Part shown: positions 32,576 to 52,803 of the stretch, piece after piece
Position numbering within the stretch: the first letter of the stretch is position 1
Layout of the letters: the number at the start of each line of letters is the position of its first letter
Assembly (NCBI RefSeq): GCF_009914755.1
Contig: NC_060927.1
Length of the DNA stretch: 64,000 nt
From: the human T2T-CHM13v2.0 reference genome, Homo sapiens
Direction: 5' to 3' (one strand)
Translations under genes and position numbers: made by a program
Notes under the pieces: generated by a model
The model's database searches: none
Told to the model about the DNA's origin: nothing
The model's input: the letters and a program-made list of their open reading frames with translations, nothing else

Positions 32576-33004
32576 TAAAAAAAAAAAATAAAAAAACCCT
32601 AAAAAATAAAAGGCTGATTCTACAGTGAAAATGATTGCAGCTTTCCAGATTAATATCTCCTTTGTTAATGCAGAGAACAACAGTGGTGGCACTGATGATA
32701 AAAGACTGACTCTACTGGGAATCAACTAATGATTATCAACTAAGTGAACTAAATTTGGAGAGGATTTGCTTCTTCCCTCTTCTTCAGGAATTTCTCACAT
32801 TTCTGGTAACCTTCATGATGTATTTAGAGCTCTCTCTGTTTGGGCCTCAATCTGTCTTCTACAGAACCTTCCCATACACATCCTTATTTGCTCTAATCTC
32901 ACTTGATTTTCATATTTCAGTGTTTCCTGAGAGTTTTCCTTTGTTGTCTTCATATGCAGTTGTGTTTAAAATTATTTTTAATTCATAGAAATTATTTTTA
33001 AAAT

Positions 33005-34345
<1,341 letters not shown>

Positions 34346-35137
34346 CTGAAACATATACAGCACAAAGTAAGTACTCAATAAATGCTTATTGAATGAATGA
34401 ATTCATCATCATGGGTATTAATACGATATCGTTGAATGTGTGGTCTACAACACTGACTTAGTGGCTCCTTCATGAGGACCCATAGTACAAATTTCTCTTC
34501 CTCTTGAACACAGAGAAATACAAATACATTTTTATGTCATGGAATAAATACTATTATGTTTATCTTTTTGGGGCCACTGGAAAGCTCAGAATCAAATTTA
34601 TGGCTCATTTATAGCAACTATGCAGTTTCAGGTATCTGTGGCTCATTTTAGTATCCTATGACTATTTTTCTTTTCCCTGATTTCCTTATCTCTGCATCTT
34701 TCATTTCACTATATGTTTTAAGCAGGAGAAGGGAAAATTGGAATAATAGGGATGTTTCTACCCAATATGAGCAAATAGATACATTACTTGAAGTATTTCA
34801 GCCTCAGGTTATGCAATAAGAGAAATAAAAGAGACCTACACGCAAATTCACGCAAAAATGCATATGTTCAAACCAACAACAAAGATAGCATTGTATGAGA
34901 TGTTCACTATGATTCCTTCTGGCTCTCCTTTTACTACCTGACTGTAGGCAGCAGATCCATGAATAATTATAAATAGCAGGAAGTATAAAATGCATTTTTA
35001 ATTGTCTTTGAATGACTGTGTTGTTCTGGTAGCAGATTTACAAACATTTTCAATATGGGTCACCTATACTAATAGTAAAATTCACTTCTATTCTCTGAGC
35101 ATACACTGCTCCTTGTGGAGGCACCAGGCAGACGTAG

Positions 35138-35836
<699 letters not shown>

Positions 35837-35937
35837 TCAACAGTTGTAAAGACTTTCTAAGAGGGCATGAGCATGAGATTAAGGTGGGAAGGTGTTGACT
35901 ATATAGGAACAGAATGTTGAGTCAGGGAAAGATGAAG

Positions 35938-36100
35938 AGTCAGAGAATGTTGGACATGGAAAATGACCTTAAGATATCATGAACTCCATCTCTTTATTTT
36001 GTAAGTGCCCTGCAAGGTTAAGTGAGGGGCTCAGGATCACATAATGAGTATAGAAAGAGAATCTAGGTCTTCCAAGTTCAGCACTCTTTCCATACTGCTC
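35938..36100 (-). mobile_element. MIR fragment
   Basis: agaatgttggacatggaaaatgaccttaagatatc...aggttaagtgaggggctcaggatcaca. Confidence 0.55.
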
Positions 36101-37227
36101 TAAAGGACCTTTAAAGGAAGAGTTATGGTTGGCCTTTCACACATTTGGGACAGCTGTGGTAAAGGCCTGCACATGGAGGAAAGAAGAGAAAGACTGTGTG
36201 TGCAAGGAGGGTGCTGGGTGGACATAGTAACAGGGAGAAAGGCAGGTTTGATTTGAATCCACAGCGTGGGTCTGAAACCAGTGTAGGCAATCGAAGCACA
36301 CAGGGTCATGGGGTACCAATTTAGGACTGTGGTTAGAAGTTTGTGGAGCAGGCCCAAGAAAGAAAAGGAGCACAGTGGAAGGGAAAAGAATTTTCTGTTA
36401 GTGTGTAAATGTTGGAACTTGCATGCTTTTGCCCCAACACTGTAAAGTGGACTCAATTAATTTGCTTCTCAAATACTCAGACTGCCTTATAAAAGAGGGA
36501 AAGATGGTTTTTAAAATTCCCTTTTAAAGCCTTTAAGTGCCTCCGATTAAGTTTTCTACATACTTCTCTGGTTTCTGAATAATCATCCCAAGGACCCTGG
36601 AGCACGGTTGTGCAGGGAATCCTGACATACCAGAGGGAAGAGCAGGGGGAGGAGTGGTGGCTGTTCCAGACATATCCTCCTTAGGGGATTTGACAAGCAG
36701 AATGGAATTGCTGGGTGGCCCTTGGCAGGTGTGGAAGGTGAGCAGGGTGGGGTGCAGGGGAGCAGATCTGATTCACTCCTTTAGTCTAGTTATGGATCTG
36801 AGAGCAAACAAAGCTTTCACGTCCATGGGTTCTGGGTGAGTTATTGGACTACATCACCACTCCTTCCTATTCTCTGTGTTTCAAACTCTCTCCTCTCCTA
36901 CCCTTCCCAGCCAACAGTTAGTGATCTTTCCACAATCTGGAGAACATTTATGCTCAACATTATTGAAAACTATATTCAACCTTTTAGTTCCACATTACTT
37001 ATAAAGCTTTTCTTCTACTAAACCTTGATTTATCCCTTTGCTGTAGAGCGTTTATACTTTTCTGGCTGCTTGGTGGAATTATAGGTGAGCCAGACTGGCT
37101 CTTGGTTTGGGTTCCCCACAAGATCTAGAAAATAGTGTTGTAAACAGTAGGTGTATTGTAAACAGTAGGTCAACTGAATGCAGGGCACACACCAAGACCC
37201 CTGGACCAATTCATCCCTCCATCCTAG

Positions 37228-37860
37228 TGTTACAGGAGTTATTAATAAATTATTTTAGGCAGATAGAGAGGAAAAGGGGTCCTTGGGGAGTTTTTATTTC
37301 TTTTAAAGCAGCTCCAGAAACGTTTCTTGTCTAGCAGGAAAGCCCCGGCTCTGAGCTGGGCCAGCAAGCTTTGATATGCAAATGCCAGCCATTAGAAACT
37401 GGGTCCATCCAAACATGGTGATTCCTGCCATCTTCTTGCCCTTGCCCCTACATGTGCCTGGCAACATGGCCACCCCCACATGTCCCCATGTGTGTAAAAC
37501 ATAATGGCGCCCTGCATTTGCATATTAAAAAGCTAGGGTGGGAGGGTCAGTTTTTTCACAGGCTGCAGGAATGACATGACTGGTCAAACCAATCCCCTGA
37601 GCCCTATGCAAATCAGACACCACCTCCTCCTGCATCCTCATATAAGCAGCCACTTTTCTGCCGCACATGAGGTTTTCTCTTTGTTTGAATCCCCCTACTT
37701 CTCTCCCCGTACCGGGGAGCTGTTTTCTTCTTCCTTCCTGCTTTCCTGCCTATTAAACTTTTCCCTCCCTAAAACCACTCCACGTGTGTCCATGTCATTT
37801 TATCCAAACCGGCATGAGACCAAGAACCCCAGTGTTCCTCCAGTCATCGGAGCCGTATCA
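37228..37860 (+). mobile_element. Complete ERV1 solo LTR (LTR9/MER61-like)
   Basis: TG...CA ends; 4-bp TSD CTAG (37224-27, 37861-64); CCAAT 37589, TATA-like catataag ~37639, ATTAAA ~37753; three octamers. Confidence 0.88.
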
Positions 37861-37924
37861 CTAGTACAATACTTCAGAGTTTGGCTTTGCTTAACATATC
37901 CTAGGATCATTTAATGTAATAAGC

Positions 37925-38145
37925 GGCAGTGCAACAGACACAGCCTAGGCTGAATTTAAGTCCCAGTTCCACAATTTTCTATCTGTGATGCCTTAGGTTA
38001 GTCACTTCTCCAGTTCTTAGCTGCTTGCTCAATTAAACACAGATAATACTATCTACACCTCATAGGTTTTGTTGATGCTTAAATCATAGGATGTATAGGA
38101 TGTGTGCAAAAGTAACTGATACGTACTAGATCTTCAGTAAACATT
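37925..38145 (+). mobile_element. MIR
   Basis: ctgaatttaagtcccagttccac...gataatactatctacacctcataggttttgttgatgcttaaat. Confidence 0.65.
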
Positions 38146-39722
38146 GGCTTCTTTCATTTTCACAAAATTTAAAAGGGTCATTTGATATACAGAAAACTTG
38201 GGGCACATAAAACCAAGATTATCTTGTTTCTCTAAATTTCCTAACAGAATTCCAAGTTCTGAATAATTAATATTTCTAACATGAAGAGCAACAAATTTTA
38301 TACTGTATTCAACGTCAGATTTTGTAAGAATAATGAATCCTCAGATCCCTGAGGGCAGACAGCATGTTCATTAATTCAATAAACATTGATGGATAACTGT
38401 TGCCTCATTGTGCTAAGAGATAGGGATGCAGCAGGCAGCAAGCCAACATGGGCTTACTCTGGCATCTAGCACAGTGCCTGGCACATAGTAGGTGATCAAT
38501 CCATGTTTGTTGATATCAACCAAGTGATGTTTAGAAAACATTTTACAGTGTAGGAGTCCTTGGAACAATCCTCAGCACTGTCTAGATACTCATGACTTAG
38601 GAGAAGCAGGAGGGTTGACACATGAAGGTAGAGAGGGCTGGAACATCCTCCCTGGCTACTGTGGGAGCGCTTCCTGCTTTTAGAGACCTGCCCTGATGCA
38701 TTTTCTGACTCTCAGGTACAAGCTGGTACAACTACAGGAACTGAGTCACTACTACTGCCTTATATTTGGATCCCAGAGACCTGTTAATATTCTATACTAT
38801 TCTAGGGGCTGGGGTTTGGGAACTTTTTTAAAAAGCATCATACAAAAACCTTCACCAACTTCCCAGAGTTGTACTGTTACCTAAAAGCACTTAGGTACTA
38901 TTATGCAAATTGTACATGCATTATTTCCATAAAAAACAGTCACAAATGTCAATTAGTGCTCATTAGTATGCAATAAAATTCTCATTTGAAAACTATTAAG
39001 AGCCAAGAATGAATTCCACTTGGCTGCCCTCCTTTAATGAGAACCACTGAGAAGTACCCTGTGCTATTTCTCATCAGCAAAACAGTAAGGTGTAACAACA
39101 AATCAAGCTTCAAGCAACAGCAGGAGTAGACAGAATAAACACTTGAAGGTTTCAGAGACTGGTTTTGGACAGTTCAAGTTTTATGCTGCTACAGCTGAGA
39201 TCCCTACCACTGGGTACTAAGAATATAGGCTGAGCGAATTCATTAAGTTACTTTGCAAACGAAGCATGGTGATACTGAGCACTCTGTTAAAGGATGTTTG
39301 TGAGGGTGCCACATGTCTGGAAGAGGGTAATGAAACCTCATTACTGAGGGTCAGTCTGTTCAAGAGACTGTGTTATATGCCTCAAAGGAGGCTGAGAGCC
39401 AAGGCCCTTGGAATTACGGGGCTCATCCCTAAAAAGCCTCCTGGTAAAAATTTTTGTGAGTGAACTCACATGCTGTGTCTCTAATTCCAATTTCAGCTGG
39501 ACATTGGATTACTCTAAACTGTTGTTTGGTGTTGCTGTGCAACCCAAGACACTTGTGTGAGGGTGATTTGGGCTTTTGAGGCTTTACGATTTTTCCATAA
39601 AGATGGAAAATAGAAGCTGTCAACATTAGACTGGTCTTTCTGCAGATACTTGCTTAACAAACTGTTCTAAACCTGGCTTGGGAGCGGGGCGGAGAACAGG
39701 ATTTTCTAATTATAGCCTAACC

Positions 39723-39917
39723 CAGTGGTTATCAAACTTTAGTGCACACCAGAATCACCTGGAAAGCTCCTTAGAAAACACCGATTCCTGGTCCCATCTC
39801 CAATTTGTAACTCAGTAGGTATGGCCTGGGGCCGGCCTGAGAATTTGTATTTCTAACAAGTTCCTAGGTGATGCTGATGCTGCTGCTGATCTGGGAATCA
39901 TACTATGAGAAACCCAG
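39723..39917 (+). mobile_element. MER5A (hAT-Charlie MITE)
   Basis: cagtggttatcaaactttagtgcacaccagaatcacctgga...tttctaacaagttcctaggtgatgctgatgctgctg. Confidence 0.85.
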
Positions 39918-40340
39918 TCCAGGATAAGAAATATAGGGCTTTCATCAGAGTTTGAACCAGACAGACCCTTGGGATAACTTTTAATATGTTACTCCAGGCT
40001 GCTTTGATGACTCATGCACACATATTTAGATCAAGTCATTTGAATTATTCTCTAGAAATTAGTTTCAGGGAAGTATTATTGAGAAATTAGACACTTAACA
40101 TGGCACTCGATTCTTTCATTCTTCAAGCCATGATTCTTAAATAGTTTTTGGTCATGAGAGACTGATGAAAGCTACGGACTCTCTCCTGAAAAACTGTATA
40201 CAAACATGTAATATCTTACATACAATATTGGGGGGAATTATAGGCCACCCACCAACCCTCCTGCAAAGCCCAATCACCCCAAATAAAGAGCCTCATTTCA
40301 AACTAAACTCAGCTGAAGTCAGGGATAAAAGAATGTTTTA

Positions 40341-40644
<304 letters not shown>

Positions 40645-40876
40645 TTAATTATTCTTCATGGTGTTCTTATAAATGTAGCTGTTTCTCTGTGGCGACCTAC
40701 AAATAAAACATGATGCACTGAGATGATAAAAGGCTATGAAAAACTCTGTCACCAATTAAAACATTTAATAATCATTTTGAATATGTTTATTCTTCATCTA
40801 GTTTCACAATCTTTGTGTTTAAATTGGAGTAATCTATACTTGAAGTAATTACACAAATAAGTTAAAAGTCTAGGCA

Positions 40877-43800
<2,924 letters not shown>

Positions 43801-46139
43801 ATTCTGGAAACTATATCTTGGTATGCCTGTTTTTGTTTTGTTTTGCTTTGCTGAATACCAGAAACCACATATGAAAAATACACAGGTTCTGGATCATTTT
43901 TTCTTCTCCAAAGAATATGGAGAAGACTTATGCTAGGGTGTTAAAATAAGAACAGATTACTTTAATCTAATCAGTGACTAAGTTGATCGGGAAATGGACT
44001 TCAATATTTTATTTGACCGGGTCTATTTCTGGTTTCCTTTAACTGGTCAGGCATAATCCGTCAGCAGTCCCAACTGAAAGCTTAGGGTGTTTTTCAGGCC
44101 ATACCACATTGGTGGGCTTTACATTCTATAATAATTTTTATCTTCCTAGTGTAATAAGATTGCAAGTAGCTCTGATTAGCTTCTCAGCTTTTTAGCACCT
44201 TCTTTGTGTTTGGATTTTTGCAACCTCTTGGTCTGCGCTACTTATAAATCAGTGAATGACTTGGAAGGAAAATTGCTTAGACTATTGAGTTGATTTTTCT
44301 GGGCCTCTTTTCTGTCCATGATCATGGTTTCTCATGTCCTGAATCATTTGGTTTCCTTGAATTCAATTTTTTTTTTTCCTCCCCAGCCCTATCAGACTGT
44401 GGAATAATCTGCCTGGCTTCTCTGATTTTAGCAGCTGCTTATTGTTTGGGTTCTCCTCATGTGCTACTTAAAAATGGTAAGTGTCTACAGGGAAAAAGTA
44501 GCCTAGAATTTGGAACACTCAATGAGTTTCTCTTCTTTCTGAGGTCTTAGCTCTCAAGTCCTAGCTGCCTTATTAGGTCTTCTATGCCTTCAAATAGATT
44601 TTTAAAACTCAGCTTTTCTAGATGTCCTGTATAGGAGTAAAAATCTACTCACAGATAGTCCATTATAGCCAAAATCAGATGCTTAATATCTTATAATAGG
44701 TTTAGCCTTAAAATTTTTCTGACAGGAACAAATGTTTAAAGATAATCTTTACTCAGACGACAGTGCAAACTGTATAAGATATTACTATCCTTACTATTAA
44801 CTACGACATCAACTAAGATACATTATAGAATCCCTAAGTTATAAAACATAAACCTACTATAGAGTCTAATTTTGCCATCATTATTACTGGTCAGTGCATA
44901 TTTGAAAATTAAACATTCATGTGAAGTTTGTATTAACATAAAGGGTAATGCTTATTTTGCAGGCATATACATGCACAAACTAAAGTTAAAATTTTCTCCT
45001 TAGAAATTAAGTGCAGTAACTTCTATTCTGTTTTTCTTTTAGTTTAGTTTTCAACCTAGGACATAGAAATCCATTCCAAAGCTGCTGAGTAAAAATTGCA
45101 GCATATGTTATAGAAGTCAATAGCAAAATATCTGCCAACAGGACTTATCATTTCTCTGTCTTGCTTAGCTAATGGTTGTATTCTGAACACAGATTCACAC
45201 TGGGGTATCTAATATGTTTTAGAGATCACAGATTTTTATAAAGTGTCCACTAGCTCACAGGACCACTGGTTACACAATAATCTTCAGCTGAGGATTTTCA
45301 AATTTCATTCACTTTTTGCCATTTTGTCAGTTCACTGTTTATATTTATTTCACTTATTTGTACTTACCAGCTTCCCTTAACGCTTCTCTGACATTTTCTC
45401 CTCTCCAGCCCTGGTGTGGTGGAGAATCCAGCTCCTCTCTATTCTGGTAGACTAGACTGAAGTTTTACATCCCAGCAAGGGCAAAATAAAAATGAAAGCT
45501 TAGTACTCCTGGGAAGCTTGCTCCTAATACCGGGTTTGTTAAAACCATTTGTTTAAAAATGTTCACGTCTGTTGCTTGGCACTGATCCTTAAGCTCCAAG
45601 ACCCCTACCTTCTTAACTAATTATCCTCATGTCAAATAATCAGTTACAGTTGATTGATTATATACTCATAAAACTCCCTAAATCCCAAGTCCTCAAAATG
45701 AAGACAGAAGACCGGGATGGGAATTGAAGAACCTTTTTCAATCCAACTATTAAAGAAAGGGCATAACAAAAAAACATAACAGATATAGCTTTGTGAGAAA
45801 GTACAGTAACTGAGCCTATTCTTTCTGAAAAGACACCCTTCCCAAAAAGCCACCCCTCAGATGATCCTGCCACGGATGAAGACCATGTATAATTCCACAG
45901 CATGGAATAAATCAGCAAGGGGAATTGTGAACAGTCTGGCCAACCAAAAGCAAGAGAGACACAATGTAACTGAGACACTGCAGACTCCAGTTCCCCACTA
46001 AGCTGATATAATCCACACTTGGCACAGAGGAGTTCTCACTGCAGGCTTTCCTTCTTAAACACACAGGCCCTGCTGGCAAAATGTGGTGGGAGAGGGGAGA
46101 GAAAGACAAAAGGAGGAGAGAAACAACTGCTGTAAAGGA

Positions 46140-47083
<944 letters not shown>

Positions 47084-47149
47084 CTGGGCGCTTTAAATAG
47101 TGGTTTTGTCAGAAAGATGGGAGTGAGAGAAGGTGGAGATTACTTATAT

Positions 47150-48056
<907 letters not shown>

Positions 48057-49598
48057 ATATTTTCTTTATATACTGCTGTCTTACTAGACTTGTTACCATG
48101 AGTGTGTATAGCTTTTACAACTTAAAAATGCAAAAGTTAAAATATAAAAAGTATTTATTGAGACATAACTACAAGTAACCCCAGTCCCCAGAGTTCAGTG
48201 AGGTATGTGGTCCTCTGGCATTTGCTTTGAATTGATGCTGGTGGTTAACAGCAGATAGGAGCTTCTGCTCTTGAAGAGAGGGTTCACCTTGTGTCACTCA
48301 ACAGAAGCCAATTAAAGCCCAGAATCAACAGTGCCTCCAGAAAAGGTCAGTGGTTGTGAAACAAAAACTACATCTATTTATTTAAAGCCTCAGCCACAGA
48401 GCTTGCCAAGGGGCTGCCTGAGCCAGTGAGCAGCCAGCAAACACGTGGACGAGAATAACTCACGCTTTTGTCTTGGAAAATCCCACTACTCCAACTATTG
48501 ACAGCCTTTGTTGGCTCCTGTTCCATACTTCAGAGATGAGAAGCACAAAGCCAGCCACGTGGCTACAAGTATAAATATTAAACCCTGTGGGAGAGATGCT
48601 GCTGCCCAGGTTTGAAGTGTTCTCTATTAGCCTTTGGCGGAAAATACTTTGAGCATCACTGGAAGCCACATGTCACACACAGAATGGCACTGGCCAAGGC
48701 AATGGTCTTGGAGGTGTGATACTTAGCTCAGTATTTGCAATTCAGTTTCATGCCAATTGGTACTTCCAGATCTTCTGAGGGTGATAAACATATATATTCA
48801 ATAATAAAGAAAAATATGCACAAGCTAGCAGTCTGTGAAACATAAAGTTTTAAAATTGTTCATTCATCTTCCAACATATTTTTCTTTTCTACAATCCTCT
48901 CTCCCCACCCCATGCCTCTTTCTCTACCTCCCTACTTAACCCCCTTTCTCCTTAATGTTTTTCTGATTATCAAAGAAATTCACACTTCTTAAAACAATCA
49001 TGGAAAACATAGATAAGTTGAAAAAATACAAATAATCATTTATAATCTCACCACTAATATTTTAGGATAGTTTACCCTTTTAAGTACTCTGCATTTGTGT
49101 ATCTTTGCAAGTGCAAATGAATGTCTTGCAAAATACCTAATACTGTGAATGAATATAAGGAAATGTGAAAGAGGGGTTTGAATAGACATCCTTGCTGGGA
49201 CCCAGGCTGTTGTGATACGGCCATGTGTTTTCATGTGTCAAGTTTTTATTAATATTCCTCGGATTGACTGTGACAGCTGCCTTTGTGTCTCCTCCCTTCC
49301 TTTCTCCTCACAGCTGCCTTGGAAGTCAGCAATATTTGCATGTAAAATTCCCATGGGTAGTTATTTGATCTTCTTTTATCCCTGTTTCTCACTTGTAGAT
49401 AACTGGGTACCCACAATCTCTGCGATTTCAGCACGTCACTACTCTCTTCCCTTTTCCTCTCTGCTGCTGTTATGCTTCCCTCTCCCTCTTCACTCTGATC
49501 TTCTGCATTTATCCTAGCAGCATCCAAAAGCAGGCAGCCATCACTGGCTCATGAATAATCACAGAATCATTGAAATATCTGTTCAGAAAAGGCACTCA

Positions 49599-52500
49599 GG
49601 TAGTGTGATGCTCCGGCTTTGTTTTTTTTTTTTTGCTCAGGCTTGCTTTGGCTATTCAGGCTCTTTTTGGGTTCCATATGAGTTTTAGAATAGTTTTTTC
49701 TAATTCTGTAAAGACTGATGTTAGTAGTTTGATAGGAATAGCATTGAATGTATACATTGTTTTGGGCAGTATGACCATTTTAATGATATTGATCCTTCTA
49801 ATCCATGAGCATGGGATATTTTTTCATTTATTTGTGTTGTTTCTAACTTTTTTTCAGCAGTGTATTGTAGTTCTCCTTGCAGAGCTCTTTCACCTTTTTG
49901 GTTTGCTATATTCCTAGGTATTTCCTTTTCTTTGCAGCTGTCGTAAATGGGATCATGTTCTTGATTTGACTCTCAGCCTGGACGTTATTGGTGTTTAGAA
50001 ATGCTACTGATTTTCGTACATTGATTTTGTATCCTGAAACCTTGCTAAAATCATTTTTCAATTCTAGTAACCTTTTGGAACAGTCTTTGGGGTGTTCTAA
50101 GTATAGAATTATATCGTCAGCAAAGGGAGATAGTTCATCTTCTTCTTTTCTTATTTGGATGCCTTTTATTTCTTTCTATTGCCAGACTGTGCTGGCTGGG
50201 ACTTCTAGCACTACCTTGAATAGCAGTGGTGAGAGTGGGCATTCTTGCCTTGTTCCAGTTCTCAAGGGGAATGGTTCCAGCTTTTGCCCATTCAGTATGA
50301 TGTTAGCTGTAGGTTTATCAGGGATGGCCCTTATTATTTTGAGGTATGTTCCTTCGATGCCTAGTTTGTTGAGAGTTTTTATCATGAAGAGATGTTAGAT
50401 TTTATCAAAAGCTTTTTCTGTGTCTATTGAGATGACACAGATGATCATAACGGTTTTTGCTTTTAATTCTGTTTACATGGTGACTCACTATGATTTGTGT
50501 ATGTTGAACCAACCATGCATCCCAGGAATAATGCCTGCTTGATCATGGTGAATTAACTTTTTGATGTTCTGCTAAATTTGGTTTGCTAGTATTTTGTTGA
50601 GGATTTTTGTGTCTATGTTCATCAGGGATATTGGTCTGAACATAGACACAAAAATCATATCTCTTCATCATATCTCTGCCAGATTTGGGTATTAGGCTGA
50701 TGCTGGCTTCATGGGATGAATTAGGGAGGAGTCCCTGCTCCTCTATTTTCTGTAAGTTTTAGTAGGATTGGTACTAGTTCTTCTTTGCATGTCTCATAGA
50801 ATGTGGCTGTGAATCTATCTGGTCCAGGGCTTTTTATGGTTGGAAGGGTTTTTTTTGTTTGTTTGTTTGTTTTACTGATGCAATTTCAGAGTTTGATGTT
50901 GGTCTATTCAGGACTTCAATCTCTCCGATTCAATCTCAAGAGACTGTTTCCAGGAATTGATTGATTTCTTCTAGATTTTCTAATTTGTGTGCATAGAGCT
51001 GTTCATAGTTTTCTCCAAGGATCTTTTGTATTTCTATAGGATCAGTTGTAATGTCATCTTTGTTATTTCTATTGTACTTATTTGGATCCTCTCTCTCTCT
51101 CTCACTGTCTCCTCCCGCTTTGTTAACCTAGCTAGCAGTCTATCAATCTTATTTATTTTTTCAAATAGCCTATTCTTGGTTTCACTGATCTTTCATATGG
51201 ATTGTTGCATCTCAATTTCATTAAGTTTTTCTTTAATTTTAGTTATTTCTTTTCTTCTGCTAGAGTTGGGGTTGGTTTGTCCTTTTTTCATAGTTCCTTT
51301 AAATGCAAAGTTACATTGTTAATGTGAGATCTTTCCAGCTTCTTGATGAAGGCATTTACGGCTATAAACTTTCCTCTTAACATTGCTTTGGCTACATCCC
51401 AGAGGTCTTCATAAATTGTGTCCCTATTTTCCTTAATTCCAAAGAATTTGCTAGAGTAGCCAAAACAGGGTGGTACTGGTACAAAAAGAGACACATAGAC
51501 TAATGGAACATAATAGAAAATTCAGAAATAAGGCTGCACGCTTACAACCATCTGATCTTCAACATGGCTGACAAAAACAAGCAATGGAGAAAGGACTCCC
51601 TATTCAATAAATGGTGCTGGGATAACTGGTAGCCATATGCAGAAGAATGAAACTAGACCCTTACCTTTCACCATATACAAAAACTAACTAAAAATGGATT
51701 AAAGATTTAACATAAGACCTCAAACTATAAAAATCATAGAAGAAAACCTAGGAAATACCCTTATCAACATTGGCCTTGGCAAAGAATTTATGGCCAAGTC
51801 CCCAGAAAGAACTGCAACAAAAACAAAAATTGACAAGTGGGACCTAATTAAACTAAAGATCTTCTGCACAGCAAGAGAAACCATCAAAAGAGTAAACAAC
51901 CTACAGCATGGGAGAAAATATTCACAAACTATGCATCTGACAAAGGTCTAATATCCAGAATATATAAGAAACTTAAATCAACAGGCAAAAATCAAATAAC
52001 TCCATTAAAAAGTGGGCAGAAGACATGAAAAGACACTTCTTAAAAGAAGGCATACAAGTGTGGCCAATAGACATGAAAACATGCTCAGCATCACTAATCA
52101 TCAGAGAAATGCAAATAAAACCACAATAAGATACCATCTCACACCAGTAAGAATAGCTATTATTAAAAAGTCAAAAAACAACAGATGCTGGCAAGGCTGT
52201 GAAGAAAAGGGAACATTTATACATTGTTGGTGGGAATGTAAATTAGTACAACCACTGTGGAAAGCAGTTTGGAGATTTCTCAAAAAACTTAAATACAGAG
52301 CTACCTTTGACCCAGCAATCCCATTACTGGGTATATATTCAAAGAAATATAAATCATTCCACCATAAATACACATGCTTGCATATGTGCATCACAGCACT
52401 ATTCACAATAGCAAAGATGTGGAATCAACCTAGGCACTCATCAACAGTGTACTGGATGAAGAAAATGTGCTACATAAACACCATAGGATAAAAAATAATG

Positions 52501-52803
52501 AAATCATGTCCTTTGCAGCAACGTGGATGCAGTTGGAGGCCTATCCTAAGTGAATTAATGCAGGAACAGAAAACAAAATACCACATGTTCTCACTTATAA
52601 GTGGGAGCTAAACACTGAGCACACATGGACATAAACGCAGGAAAGATAGATACTGCAGACTACTACAGGGGGAAGGGAGGGAGGGGGCATGGGTTGAAAA
52701 ACTACCTATTGGGTACTGTGCTTATGCCTGGGTCCAATTTACCCATGAACAATCCTACACATGTATCCTCTTAATGTAAAATAAAAGCTGAAACTTTAAA
52801 AAA
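49599..52803 (+). mobile_element. L1PB/old L1PA insertion with 5' inversion (49599-51449 reversed; 51450-52803 forward)
   Basis: Perfect 14-bp TSD agaaaaggcactca (49585-98, 52804-17); ORF2 on the minus then the plus strand; AATAAA and A-tail at the right end. Confidence 0.93.

Noticed and set aside
40125-40290. Possible hAT-type MITE fragment
   Set aside because: Only a vague recalled resemblance; termini and TSD could not be established
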